IMG/VR virus record: IMGVR_UViG_3300037423_000981
Coordinates: 1 to 42,497 of that record
Reading direction: 5' to 3' (one strand)
Source of the DNA: a virus
Taxonomy: Duplodnaviria > Caudoviricetes
DNA length: 42,497 nt
The notes under the pieces were generated by a model, which was not told the origin of the DNA, searched no databases, and was given only the letters and a program-made list of their open reading frames with translations. Of this stretch, positions 25,853 to 34,611 are shown in pieces. The stretch's first letter is position 1, and the number at the start of each line of letters is the position of its first letter. The position numbers and the translations under genes are program-made.

Positions 25853-26350
25853 TTGGCTTTGATTACCGAGGATGGAACGGGGCTCGCGAATGCGGAGAGC
25901 TATATCTCCGTCGCGGACGCCGACACGCGCCTCGGCAATATGGGCATGACCACTTGGGCGACACTGGTCCAAGCCGAGAAAGAGCAGGCCCTCAGGCGCG
26001 CCACGGCATACATCGAACAAGCCCTCAGGGAGCGCTGGACAGGATACCGTCTGCACAAATCCCAGGCCCTGTCATGGCCGCGCTGGTACGTAGTGGTGGA
26101 CGGCTATCCGATCGATCCCAATGTCGTTCCCGCCGATGTCGCCAATGCCACTGCCGACCTCGCGCTCAAATCCGCTGCCGGCGATCTTAATGAGGATCTT
26201 GCGCCTCGGGTCATTCGGAAGAAGGTCGGCCCGATCGAGACCGAATATGACCGCTATTCGCCACAGTCGAAGCGGTACCGGGCGCTCGAGATGGCTCTAT
26301 CCCCGTATCTCAAGGGATCGTCGTCAAACGCGATGCTGGTGAGAGCGTGA
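25853..26350 (+). CDS. Head-tail adaptor (DnaT-like family)
   Basis: EDGTG...AESY.SV.DAD, ALRRAT.Y, Q.L.WPR, KVGPIETEY; TTG start. Confidence 0.85.
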   Translation: MALITEDGTGLANAESYISVADADTRLGNMGMTTWATLVQAEKEQALRRATAYIEQALRERWTGYRLHKSQALSWPRWYVVVDGYPIDPNVVPADVANATADLALKSAAGDLNEDLAPRVIRKKVGPIETEYDRYSPQSKRYRALEMALSPYLKGSSSNAMLVRA

Positions 26351-26712
26351 GTTATGCTGACGACCAGACCAGCGCCAAGCAGCTCCTGGCTGAGGCAGGG
26401 CAGGCGGTGACGCTGACTCCGCCCACCACCGGGACCTATGACCCGAACACGGCGACGGTGACTGGAGCTGCGCCTACTCCCGTCACGACAACCGGCGTTG
26501 TGCTCCCACTTTCGCGCGGGCTCAAGCATATGCCGGGGACGGACATCACCGCGTCCGATCAGCAGCTCTTGCTTCCCGGCGATATTGCCGAGCCGGTGCT
26601 CGACACCAAAGCAACCATCGGCGGCGTCGACTACACGATCAAGGAAGTCGCTCCGCTCAATCCCGGTGGAACGTCACTTCTCTATGACTGCGTCATCCGG
26701 GGGGCTCCATAA
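26347..26712 (+). CDS. Head closure / head-tail joining protein
   Basis: G..VTL...G.YDP.T; synteny. Confidence 0.75.
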   Translation: MSYADDQTSAKQLLAEAGQAVTLTPPTTGTYDPNTATVTGAAPTPVTTTGVVLPLSRGLKHMPGTDITASDQQLLLPGDIAEPVLDTKATIGGVDYTIKEVAPLNPGGTSLLYDCVIRGAP

Positions 26713-27146
26713 TGGGCAGCTTCTCGGTCCAGCTTCAGCAGTTCTCCGACAAGACGAGCAAGCGCGCCGATGACATCGTTGGTCGCGTTATCGTTGGCAT
26801 TGCCCAGCGCCTTGATGAGCGCTCTCCTGTGGGAGATGCAACCTATTGGCAGAGCAAGCCGCCCAAAGGCTACACAGGCGGGCGTTTCAGGGGCAACTGG
26901 CAGCTAGGCATCGGCATCATCCCCGCAGGCGAGACCGACCGCATCGATCCTTCTGGTTCGGCAACGCTCGGAACGATCATCGCGTCGATACCGGATCAGC
27001 CGGCAGGAACGATAGCGTACCTATCGAACAACGTTCCATACGCCCAACGGATAGAGGATGGCTGGTCGCGGCAGGCTCCCCAAGGCTTGGTCGGAATTAC
27101 CGCGATGGAGTTCCAGCAGGTCGTTGACCAGGCGGCAGCGGCATGA
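26712..27146 (+). CDS. Neck / tail-completion protein (HK97 gp10-like)
   Basis: SPV...GRFRGNW...NNVPYA.RIE.GWS.QAP.G. Confidence 0.85.
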   Translation: MGSFSVQLQQFSDKTSKRADDIVGRVIVGIAQRLDERSPVGDATYWQSKPPKGYTGGRFRGNWQLGIGIIPAGETDRIDPSGSATLGTIIASIPDQPAGTIAYLSNNVPYAQRIEDGWSRQAPQGLVGITAMEFQQVVDQAAAA

Positions 27147-27550
27147 CCGCGCTTCCCGCAGTCCGCGCCGCGCTCGAAACGCAGCTGGCGACCATCTCTC
27201 CCGCGATCGACACGGCATATGAGAACACGCCCTACGTTCCCGTAACCGGGACACCTTATCAGCAGGTGACGCTTCTCCCGGCCACACCGGCGAACATAGA
27301 GATAGGCCCTGCCTACACCGAGCAAGGGTTGTTTCAGGTCAATTTGTTTTATCCCAAGGATACCGGGGCTGGAGCTGCACAGGCCCGCGCCGAACTGATC
27401 CGCGCCAAATTCCCGTTTGCCGCCTCGCTCATCAACGGCGGAGTCACGGTGAACGTCATCAATACGACTGAGATCGGCCCCGCACGACCCGAGGACGATC
27501 GCTTCATGGTGCCTGTCCGCGTGAGATGGCAAGCGAGGATAGGCGGATGA
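27143..27550 (+). CDS. Tail terminator (DUF4128-like)
   Basis: AYEN, G.FQV...P...G; synteny. Confidence 0.8.
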   Translation: MTALPAVRAALETQLATISPAIDTAYENTPYVPVTGTPYQQVTLLPATPANIEIGPAYTEQGLFQVNLFYPKDTGAGAAQARAELIRAKFPFAASLINGGVTVNVINTTEIGPARPEDDRFMVPVRVRWQARIGG

Positions 27551-27555
27551 ACGCG

Positions 27556-28113
27556 CTAGGCCACATGCTTCCAAGTGCGGCGGTGTATGATCGCGTTCAC
27601 CGGACCTTTTGTAATGCCGAACTTGGCCGCGAGCTTGCTGTTGCTCATTCCTTGTGCAGCGAGAGATCGAAGCTCGCGCACCTGCTCTTCAGTCAGCTTG
27701 GCGGTGTTGACATCTACGCCAATGATTTTGGCGCGCAGGCCAGTGTCGTAGGCATGTTTTGTGTTCTCGCTCGGCGTCACCCATTCGAGGTTAGCAGCCG
27801 CGTTGTTCAGCTTGTTCCCATCAATGTGGTTGACCTCTTGCCGAGCGCCGATCGGCGAGCCGTGAAAGGCTTCGGCGACGACTCGGTGGACAACGCGGAA
27901 CGTGCTCCGTCGATCAACGGAGAAACCGCAAACCAAATAGCCGCGCGGCGACAGCCACTGACGCAAGCATTTCTGCCGCGTCGTCATTGCGGACTTCGTT
28001 CCATCTCTTCTCGTGCGGCCGCCATAAAACGTTCTCGGAACCGTGCGCACTCGACCAAGGCTGGAAACCTCATGCGTCGTTTTGAACCCCTCAACAGGCT
28101 TCCAGATTTCCAT
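27556..28113 (-). CDS. Free-standing NUMOD4-HNH homing endonuclease with C-terminal HTH
   Basis: EIWKPVEG..EVSSLGRVR; VHRVVAEAF; VNHIDGNKLNNAAANLEWVT.SEN. Confidence 0.92.
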   Translation of the reverse strand: MEIWKPVEGFKTTHEVSSLGRVRTVPRTFYGGRTRRDGTKSAMTTRQKCLRQWLSPRGYLVCGFSVDRRSTFRVVHRVVAEAFHGSPIGARQEVNHIDGNKLNNAAANLEWVTPSENTKHAYDTGLRAKIIGVDVNTAKLTEEQVRELRSLAAQGMSNSKLAAKFGITKGPVNAIIHRRTWKHVA

Positions 28114-28199
28114 TTCGTCTCTCCACAAGCGGTCCGTTTCAAGCCTGTGTATTGGTCTGGTTTGAGTGGCAAAGCAACCGGAAACTTAGGAGGTTAACC

Positions 28200-29414
28200 A
28201 TGACCGTAGCACAAGGCCTTTATAAAAAGATTGCGTACAAGAAGCAGACCGCGCTCGGCTCGGCTGCCTCGGGCTCTGGCGGACAGCTGGTGCGCCGCGA
28301 CAAGGCGACATTTGCGAAGGTGAAAGACATCTTCACCTCCGACGAGATCAATAGCTATCAGCAGTATAGCGGCGACAATTTCGGTTCGTCCAAGACGACC
28401 GGCTCGCTCGATGGCGAGCTTTCGCCCAAGACCTACGCCGACTTCCTCGGTTCGCTCAATCGCTCGGCATTCGCGGCTGGCGTATCGGCATCGGCTGCTT
28501 CGCTGACGATTGCTGGGGCTGGGCCGTTCACCATCACTCGCGCGGCGGGTTCCTACCTCACCGATGGTTTCAAGGTCGGCGATGTCGTCCAGATCACTGC
28601 CGGCACCTACACGGGCATTGCCCGGAACCTCAACATGGTCGTGACGGCCCTGACGGCAACTGTGATGACGGTGATCGTCCCCAATGGCAAGGTGCTGTCG
28701 GCGCAGGGACCGATTACCTCTTCGACTATCGCCGTAGTCGGGAAGAAGTCGGTCACAGCGAGCACCGGGCAGCTCAACGACTATTACACGATCGAAGAGT
28801 GGCTTTCGGACATCTCGAAGAGCCGTCTCTATACGGACACGCAGGTTGCCACCGCCGACATCACCATTCCGGCAAATGGCGATTGCAAGATCGCGCTCAC
28901 GTTCATGGGCCTCGGGCGCACGCTCGGTGTGGCGCAGGTGCTCACGACCCCAACCACTGAAACGTCGACGTTCATCCTCTCTGGTGTGAACGCCGTCATC
29001 ATGGTGAACGGCACGCAGCAGCTAACCGCTACGTCACTGAGCATCAAGGTCGACGGCCAGCTCGCTCCTGGCGAGCCGGTGATCGGTTCCAAGACGATCA
29101 GCGACAACGTGAAGGGCGACATCAAGGTGTCCGGCTCATTCTCCTTGGTGAAGCAGGATGAGAGCGGAGCGACGATCTTCGAGAACGAGATAGCGGTCCA
29201 GATCATCGCGGCCGTGTTCAACGACACCACCGACAACGCTGCGTTTGTGTCTTTCTCGATCCCAGCTGCAAGCGTGCTTACCGACGAGAACGACGATGGC
29301 AAAAAGCAGATCGTCTCAAGCCATAATTTCACAGCCGAATACAACGGTTTGAGCGGCGGAACCGGTCTCGCGACTGACTCGGGGATCATCTCGATCCAGG
29401 ACAGCGCAGCGTAA
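28200..29414 (+). CDS. Major tail tube protein with inserted beta domain
   Basis: SD AGGAGG; SDEI, GSLDGELS, DGFKVGD insertion; upstream of the tail chaperone. Confidence 0.85.
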   Translation: MTVAQGLYKKIAYKKQTALGSAASGSGGQLVRRDKATFAKVKDIFTSDEINSYQQYSGDNFGSSKTTGSLDGELSPKTYADFLGSLNRSAFAAGVSASAASLTIAGAGPFTITRAAGSYLTDGFKVGDVVQITAGTYTGIARNLNMVVTALTATVMTVIVPNGKVLSAQGPITSSTIAVVGKKSVTASTGQLNDYYTIEEWLSDISKSRLYTDTQVATADITIPANGDCKIALTFMGLGRTLGVAQVLTTPTTETSTFILSGVNAVIMVNGTQQLTATSLSIKVDGQLAPGEPVIGSKTISDNVKGDIKVSGSFSLVKQDESGATIFENEIAVQIIAAVFNDTTDNAAFVSFSIPAASVLTDENDDGKKQIVSSHNFTAEYNGLSGGTGLATDSGIISIQDSAA

Positions 29415-29448
29415 GTTTAGCCGCGGGAGAGGCGCGGTTTACACAGGT

Positions 29449-29495
29449 CACCGGGGGCGCGTTCCTCTCTCGCTCCCGGTGGCACAAGAGAGGAA
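29449..29495 (+). promoter_or_regulatory. H-type pseudoknot sequestering the chaperone SD
   Basis: Stem 29449-59 pairs with 29471-81; loop TTCCTCTCT pairs with AGAGAGGAA 29487-95. Confidence 0.65.
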
Positions 29496-29501
29496 GATAA
29501 C

Positions 29502-29927
29502 ATGGCAACGAAGAAAAGTGGGTTCAACCTCGCGTCACTCGATACTGTCGCGGCGTGCAACAAGCCCTTCGAAGTCGAGATCAAGAGCGTGAACGGAGAT
29601 CCGACCGGCTTCTTCGTGTCGGTCCTGGGGGCTCACAGCGATGTCTACCGTGGCCGCATCCGTGCCCTAGCCGACGAATCCCTGCGCAAGCAGGCGACGG
29701 GCAAGGCTACCGCAGAAACGCTGGACAAGCTGGAAGCCAAGAATATCGACGCGCTCGTCGCGGCTAGCGTGGGATGGCGCTTTGGCGATGCTACTGTTGT
29801 GCCGCTGGACGATGAGGAACTCGACTTCAGTCCCGCCAATGTCCGCAAGGTCTATGAGCGGCTTCTTCCGGTTCGTGAACAGGTCGCGGAGGCAATCAAC
29901 GACCTCGCAAATTTTATGCCGCGCTAG
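29502..29927 (+). CDS. Tail assembly chaperone (gpG-like)
   Basis: Between tube and tape measure genes; ends in the slippery site. Confidence 0.85.
   Translation: MATKKSGFNLASLDTVAACNKPFEVEIKSVNGDPTGFFVSVLGAHSDVYRGRIRALADESLRKQATGKATAETLDKLEAKNIDALVAASVGWRFGDATVVPLDDEELDFSPANVRKVYERLLPVREQVAEAINDLANFMPR
29909..29915 (+). other. -1 programmed frameshift site A AAT TTT
   Basis: X XXY YYZ heptamer in frame; the -1 frame stays open to 30289. Confidence 0.85.
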
Positions 29928-30289
29928 TCGAGAATTTCGAGGCGTTCGCCGATTTCCAGTTCATGCTCAACGAACCGGAAGAGGATGGAGCGCCGCTGCT
30001 CGACCATTTGTTGGCGACCGAACGGCAGACAGGCAAGCGTCCGCAGATCCTTTTAGATGCCCCCAAACTCCCTGAGGGATGCGAGGATCTGTGGGCGATA
30101 TTCAATGAGCTTCACGGCTGCCGGGGATCGAATGGCTTTGGCCCGAGCCGGATCACGTTCGTTGATATAGACGCTTGGCAGCGGATTACCGGCGTTCGTC
30201 TTTTGCCGTGGGAAGTCGACGCAATCCGCCGTGCGGACAAGGCTTTTCTCTCCCGCTGGGCTGAGTCCAACAAGGCTTCCCAAACCTAA
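29915..30289 (+). CDS. Tail assembly chaperone gpT part, frameshift product
   Basis: LW..F.EL...R..GFG...I...DI.AW....G..L.PWE...I...D. Confidence 0.85.
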   Translation, partial: YAALVENFEAFADFQFMLNEPEEDGAPLLDHLLATERQTGKRPQILLDAPKLPEGCEDLWAIFNELHGCRGSNGFGPSRITFVDIDAWQRITGVRLLPWEVDAIRRADKAFLSRWAESNKASQT

Positions 30290-30300
30290 CCCGCGCTCCC
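30281..30300 (+). promoter_or_regulatory. Late promoter motif 4 (before tape measure)
   Basis: CAAACCTA-acccg-CGCTCCC; TATCGT at +30; leaderless GTG. Confidence 0.8.
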
Positions 30301-30322
30301 TTGCCGACAATATCGTCGCAGC

Positions 30323-32896
30323 GTGGCGGACCTCGCGAACCTAGTTCTAGCCGTTGACAGCACGTCCGTTCCCAAGGGCACCGCTGCGCTCAATGAGCTA
30401 ACGGCTGCTGGCACGCGGGCTGAAGCGGCTGCGATCGGTCTCGGCAGAGGCAGCAAGACGGCTGCCGCCGAAGGTGTCGCAATGGCGACCGCGGCCCAAT
30501 CTGCCGCCCGCGCTGCGATGGATCAAGCATCCGGGTTCAAGGTCGCGACCGATGCTGCGCGGATCAACACGCTGGCGCTTCGTGAATCGCTTGTCGTGGC
30601 GCGTGAGATCAGCCGCGGTAACTTCACACGCATTCCCGGCTCGCTGACGCTCTTGGCCCAAGGCATTGGCTCACAAGGAGGCATTAGCTCCTTTCTGTCG
30701 GCCATTTCGCAGCAGATTGGCCTCGTAAAGACGCTTCAGAACGCCGAACTCGCGGAAGCAGCGACGGCCGCCGCGAACGCTGCTGCAGGTGTCGAGGCGG
30801 CAGCGCGCCGCGCGTCAGCTAATGTCATGGCTGCCGACACCGAGATCGCGCTTGCCGAGGCGCAGGTTCGCGTGACGGAAGGCACTTCAGCAGAGGCGGC
30901 GGCCCAAGCGCGTCTTGCGGCAGCGCATGAAGCTGTCGGTGTCGCAGCGGCAGAGGCCGCGGTTGCCGAGAATGCGCTCGCCGTAGCGATGGGCCGCGCA
31001 AACGAAGCGCAAGCGGCATCCGCTGCTGCGTCGCGGACGGTGATTGGAGGAGCCGGGATAGGGCTTATCGGCCTCGGTATCGTTGCTGCTGTCGCCTATG
31101 GAGCGGTCAAGCAGTTCCAGGACCAGGTTAAGGAGAGCGGACAGCTCGACGATTTTGCAGACAAGCTGAACTTGACCGACGCACAAATCAAAAAGCTCGG
31201 CGGCAGCGTCACCTATCTCGGCCACAACATAAAAGAAGTGCACGGACTGACCGTCACGTTTGGCGATGTCATGTACGCCGTGTGGCATGAGATCGGAAGG
31301 GAAGTCAGCAACGCCGGCCCGTGGAACGCGATGGAGGCGGCAGCGACGAGCGCCTTCAATGCCATTCTCTCGGCGTGGAACAAGGTGAGCGCTGGAATCA
31401 GCGCTGGTCTCTTCTTCATTATAGATGCCGGAAAGGCCGCCATCAACGGCTCGCTGTTCACCGGCAAGTTCGATGCCATCGGAGACATCAAGAGCCGCTA
31501 CGCCGACGAGCTCAAGCGCAATGCGGACGCTTTCGGCCGTATTGGTGCTGGCGCTATCGCGCACCGTGAAAAGACGCTGCAGGATCTCTCGGACGGCAAC
31601 AATCCGCGTGCCCCGAAGAAGCCGAGGAAGGAAAGCGACCACGGCCTTCAGGAAGCGCTCGACAAGCTCGATGCAGAGATCAAGGGCCAGTATGCGCTCG
31701 CAGCAGCCTACCAAGTCAGTGACGTTGCCGCCCAGCGGGCGATTGCTCACCAGAAGGCTGCCGAGGATGCGATCCAGCACAAGGGGCTCGAGAGTCAGTT
31801 CTACGCCAAGGAACTACAGAAGGCGGTTGCCGAAGACGTAGCAAGGCAGGCCAAGAGCAACGGCGATCTTCAAACCGAAACGTCGATCCGTGCACGGCTG
31901 AACGCCCAGGTTGCCAATGGGGCGATCAATCTCGGGCAATACAACAGTGAGCTGAAGCTGCAAACTACGCTGCACCACCTGAACGTCGATCTGGAAAACG
32001 CCGATGCTCAGCACAAGGGCGTCGTTCTAAACATCATCAAGCAGACGGTCGACCTCCAGACAGAGCAGCTCCAGCTCGAGGCTCAACTAAACGCGCTCAA
32101 GCAAAATACAGCCAATGACAATGAGATCGCCAGACTGCAGCTAGAGACGCGGCTGATTGGTTCATCGAACAAGGAGCGCGCTGTTGCCTTGGCCCAACTT
32201 TCGGCGATGCAGCAGCTGAAGGAAATCGACCCGAATGGCCTGTTGACCAAGGGAGAACGCAACGACTTTGTCGGAAAGCAAGTCCTGAAAGCTCAGCTAT
32301 CTGTCCAGACGCCTTTTCAACAATGGGCGCAGAACATTCACACGTCATCTGCCGGCATTCTGCAGGACCTGCAACAGATTGAGTTCAGGGGCTTCGACAA
32401 CCTCGCCTCATCGATCGCCGATGTCGCCACCGGCACCAAGAGCTTGGGCGCGGCCTTCCGCGACATCTCGCGCCAGATCATCAACGACATCATCCAAATG
32501 ACGGTGAGGATGCTGATCTTCCGCGCGGTCAGCAGCATCTTCGGCGGCAGCAGCGGGCTCGGCGGTGCTGGAGCGGGATTATCGGCTGCAGGTGCCGTCG
32601 CTGGCCACAGAGCCTCAGGCGGCCCCGTATCGTCCGGACAGACTTATCTCGTCGGCGAGAAGGGGCCGGAACTGTTTCGCCCGTCATCGTCGGGAACGAT
32701 CATTCCCAACCATAAGGTTGCGGCTAACAACAATGGTCCGATCGAGATCAAGATCGGCTTCGGCGATGCGCCTGACTTTGCTCCCTATGTACAGGAAGTA
32801 TCGGCAGCTCACGCCAATCAGGCTGTGGCGATCTCTGTAGATCACACGAACAAGACGTTGAGCGCACTCGCTCGCCCCAAACTGATGGGGCGGTGA
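30323..32896 (+). CDS. Tape measure protein
   Basis: 857 aa, Ala-rich helical; C-terminal RASGGPV...YLVGEKGPELF. Confidence 0.92.
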   Translation: MADLANLVLAVDSTSVPKGTAALNELTAAGTRAEAAAIGLGRGSKTAAAEGVAMATAAQSAARAAMDQASGFKVATDAARINTLALRESLVVAREISRGNFTRIPGSLTLLAQGIGSQGGISSFLSAISQQIGLVKTLQNAELAEAATAAANAAAGVEAAARRASANVMAADTEIALAEAQVRVTEGTSAEAAAQARLAAAHEAVGVAAAEAAVAENALAVAMGRANEAQAASAAASRTVIGGAGIGLIGLGIVAAVAYGAVKQFQDQVKESGQLDDFADKLNLTDAQIKKLGGSVTYLGHNIKEVHGLTVTFGDVMYAVWHEIGREVSNAGPWNAMEAAATSAFNAILSAWNKVSAGISAGLFFIIDAGKAAINGSLFTGKFDAIGDIKSRYADELKRNADAFGRIGAGAIAHREKTLQDLSDGNNPRAPKKPRKESDHGLQEALDKLDAEIKGQYALAAAYQVSDVAAQRAIAHQKAAEDAIQHKGLESQFYAKELQKAVAEDVARQAKSNGDLQTETSIRARLNAQVANGAINLGQYNSELKLQTTLHHLNVDLENADAQHKGVVLNIIKQTVDLQTEQLQLEAQLNALKQNTANDNEIARLQLETRLIGSSNKERAVALAQLSAMQQLKEIDPNGLLTKGERNDFVGKQVLKAQLSVQTPFQQWAQNIHTSSAGILQDLQQIEFRGFDNLASSIADVATGTKSLGAAFRDISRQIINDIIQMTVRMLIFRAVSSIFGGSSGLGGAGAGLSAAGAVAGHRASGGPVSSGQTYLVGEKGPELFRPSSSGTIIPNHKVAANNNGPIEIKIGFGDAPDFAPYVQEVSAAHANQAVAISVDHTNKTLSALARPKLMGR

Positions 32897-32897
32897 C

Positions 32898-33479
32898 ATG
32901 TCCCTTATCACCGCGCCTGCCTTCGCATTCAGAGAAATAGAGTGGGAGCTGGACCAGCCGGCGCAAGTCAATCGCTCGCAATGGACCGGCAAGCGCACTG
33001 TGGTCACGTCGCCGTGGCACGGTATCTGGCGCTCCACGATCTATCCGAGGACCGAGCAGGGCGAAGCTAATTTCCGGGCACTGCGCGGCTTCTTTGTGAA
33101 CCTTCAGGGACCGGTTAACACCTTCCTGCTGCCTGCCACAGAAGCGGCCCAAGGGGTTGCCGATACAACCGTCGCATCCGGGGGAGCGCAAGGAAGCCTG
33201 ACGCTCGTCATGGCGGCATCGCGCACCGTGACAACTGGAATGCTGGCAACCGTCACCCTGCCGAGCGGCAATTTCCAAATGGTGATGATTACCGTCGACA
33301 GCACGGGAACGACACTGACGTTCAAGCCCGCGCTTCGTGAATCTGCCGCGGTAGGAGCAGCAGTGGCTCTGTCGAGCCCGGTTTGTCAGGTAGCGATGGC
33401 GGATAGCAAATTTCGTTGGAGCGTCGGCTCGTGGAGGCGATACTCGACCAACGGAATTGCCGTCGAGGAGGCTTTCTAG
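32898..33479 (+). CDS. Distal tail protein
   Basis: Follows the tape measure gene; L.F.P.LR motif. Confidence 0.7.
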   Translation: MSLITAPAFAFREIEWELDQPAQVNRSQWTGKRTVVTSPWHGIWRSTIYPRTEQGEANFRALRGFFVNLQGPVNTFLLPATEAAQGVADTTVASGGAQGSLTLVMAASRTVTTGMLATVTLPSGNFQMVMITVDSTGTTLTFKPALRESAAVGAAVALSSPVCQVAMADSKFRWSVGSWRRYSTNGIAVEEAF

Positions 33480-34138
33480 TGCCGACCCTCGACAGTACCG
33501 CAAAGGCGGCGGTCAACAGTAGCTTCGCCCCGGCGTGGTTCATCTATCTTGATATTCTCTCAGACCCGCTGCGCGTCACCACGTTCGGTGCCAATGTTGC
33601 TTTTTCCGGGACAGGCGACAGTGACCTCGACGGCAACACCTTCACAGCATTCGCCGGAAAGCTGATTGAGGTCAGCGATGTCAGCAATGGGGAAGCCGGG
33701 TCTGAAACCCTGACCATCACGCTTTCCGGTATCGTCAGCATCGATACCACATTGGTCAATGAGATCGGTGACAAGACCAAGTGGCAGGGACGCACCGCAA
33801 GATTGTGGTTCAGGGTCTATGACGCGGCCGGCGTAACCGCCCAAGGCGCGATCGTCTCTTTCTACACCGGGTATATGAGTTCGGTTCGCCTGATTGCCGC
33901 GCCGGAAAGCCAGACGATCCAGCTCTCGATCGAAAATTACCTAGCCTACACGACCCAAGCGTCGAACCGCTCCTATCTCAACCAGAAGGACTACGATTCC
34001 GCCGACACAAGTGCGGCCGCGACGATCACCGCGGCTAATGGCTTGAGGCGAGATTCTGGGGCTGTTGCCGGTTATTCTGGTTCTGGCGGTGGGCCAGCCA
34101 GCAATATCCGCGAACCCACACTGACGCACCTCGTATGA
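33479..34138 (+). CDS. Tail tip / hub protein (gpL-like)
   Basis: LTITLSG...WQGR.ARLW...TGYM; GTG start. Confidence 0.7.
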   Translation: MPTLDSTAKAAVNSSFAPAWFIYLDILSDPLRVTTFGANVAFSGTGDSDLDGNTFTAFAGKLIEVSDVSNGEAGSETLTITLSGIVSIDTTLVNEIGDKTKWQGRTARLWFRVYDAAGVTAQGAIVSFYTGYMSSVRLIAAPESQTIQLSIENYLAYTTQASNRSYLNQKDYDSADTSAAATITAANGLRRDSGAVAGYSGSGGGPASNIREPTLTHLV

Positions 34139-34611
34139 GCCGCCATCCGCAATGGGAATCTCGCTTGAGCGCTCTTGTCGCCAAGCGCATGAGCGCTCCC
34201 TACGTCCCAAGTCGCCATGACTGCCTTTTGTGGCCAGCGGACGTGGCCAAGGCCGTAACCGGCACGGATCACGCGCGCGGACACCGCGGCAAGTACAAGA
34301 GCACCGCAACGGGATATCGCTATCTTCGTGAGAAACTAGGCCACGACACCCCTGAATCGCTGCTCGACAGCCTGTTCGATGAGAAACCGGTTGGGTTTGC
34401 TGGCCGCGGTGACTTGGTTCTCGCCGAAGATGCGATCCCGGCTGTGTGCATGGGCGCGTTCGCTCTGTCCGTAGGACAGGAGGGCAATCACGAAGGCTTG
34501 GTGCGCGTGCCTCGCGAGCAATGGGTCAAGGCGTGGGCGGTCGGGGAACACCATAGCGGTGAGTTGAAGCTCTCTAAAAAGCGGAGGGCGAAATCTCAAA
34601 AAAGATCATAG
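34135..34611 (+). CDS. NlpC/P60-like tail assembly protein (DUF6950-like)
   Basis: W..RL...HDC....D...A.TG.D...RG.Y; RGD. Confidence 0.8.
   Translation: MSRHPQWESRLSALVAKRMSAPYVPSRHDCLLWPADVAKAVTGTDHARGHRGKYKSTATGYRYLREKLGHDTPESLLDSLFDEKPVGFAGRGDLVLAEDAIPAVCMGAFALSVGQEGNHEGLVRVPREQWVKAWAVGEHHSGELKLSKKRRAKSQKRS

Noticed and set aside
27551-28199. Group I intron or intein around the HNH gene
   Set aside because: Flanking genes are intact and the HNH gene is intergenic and antisense
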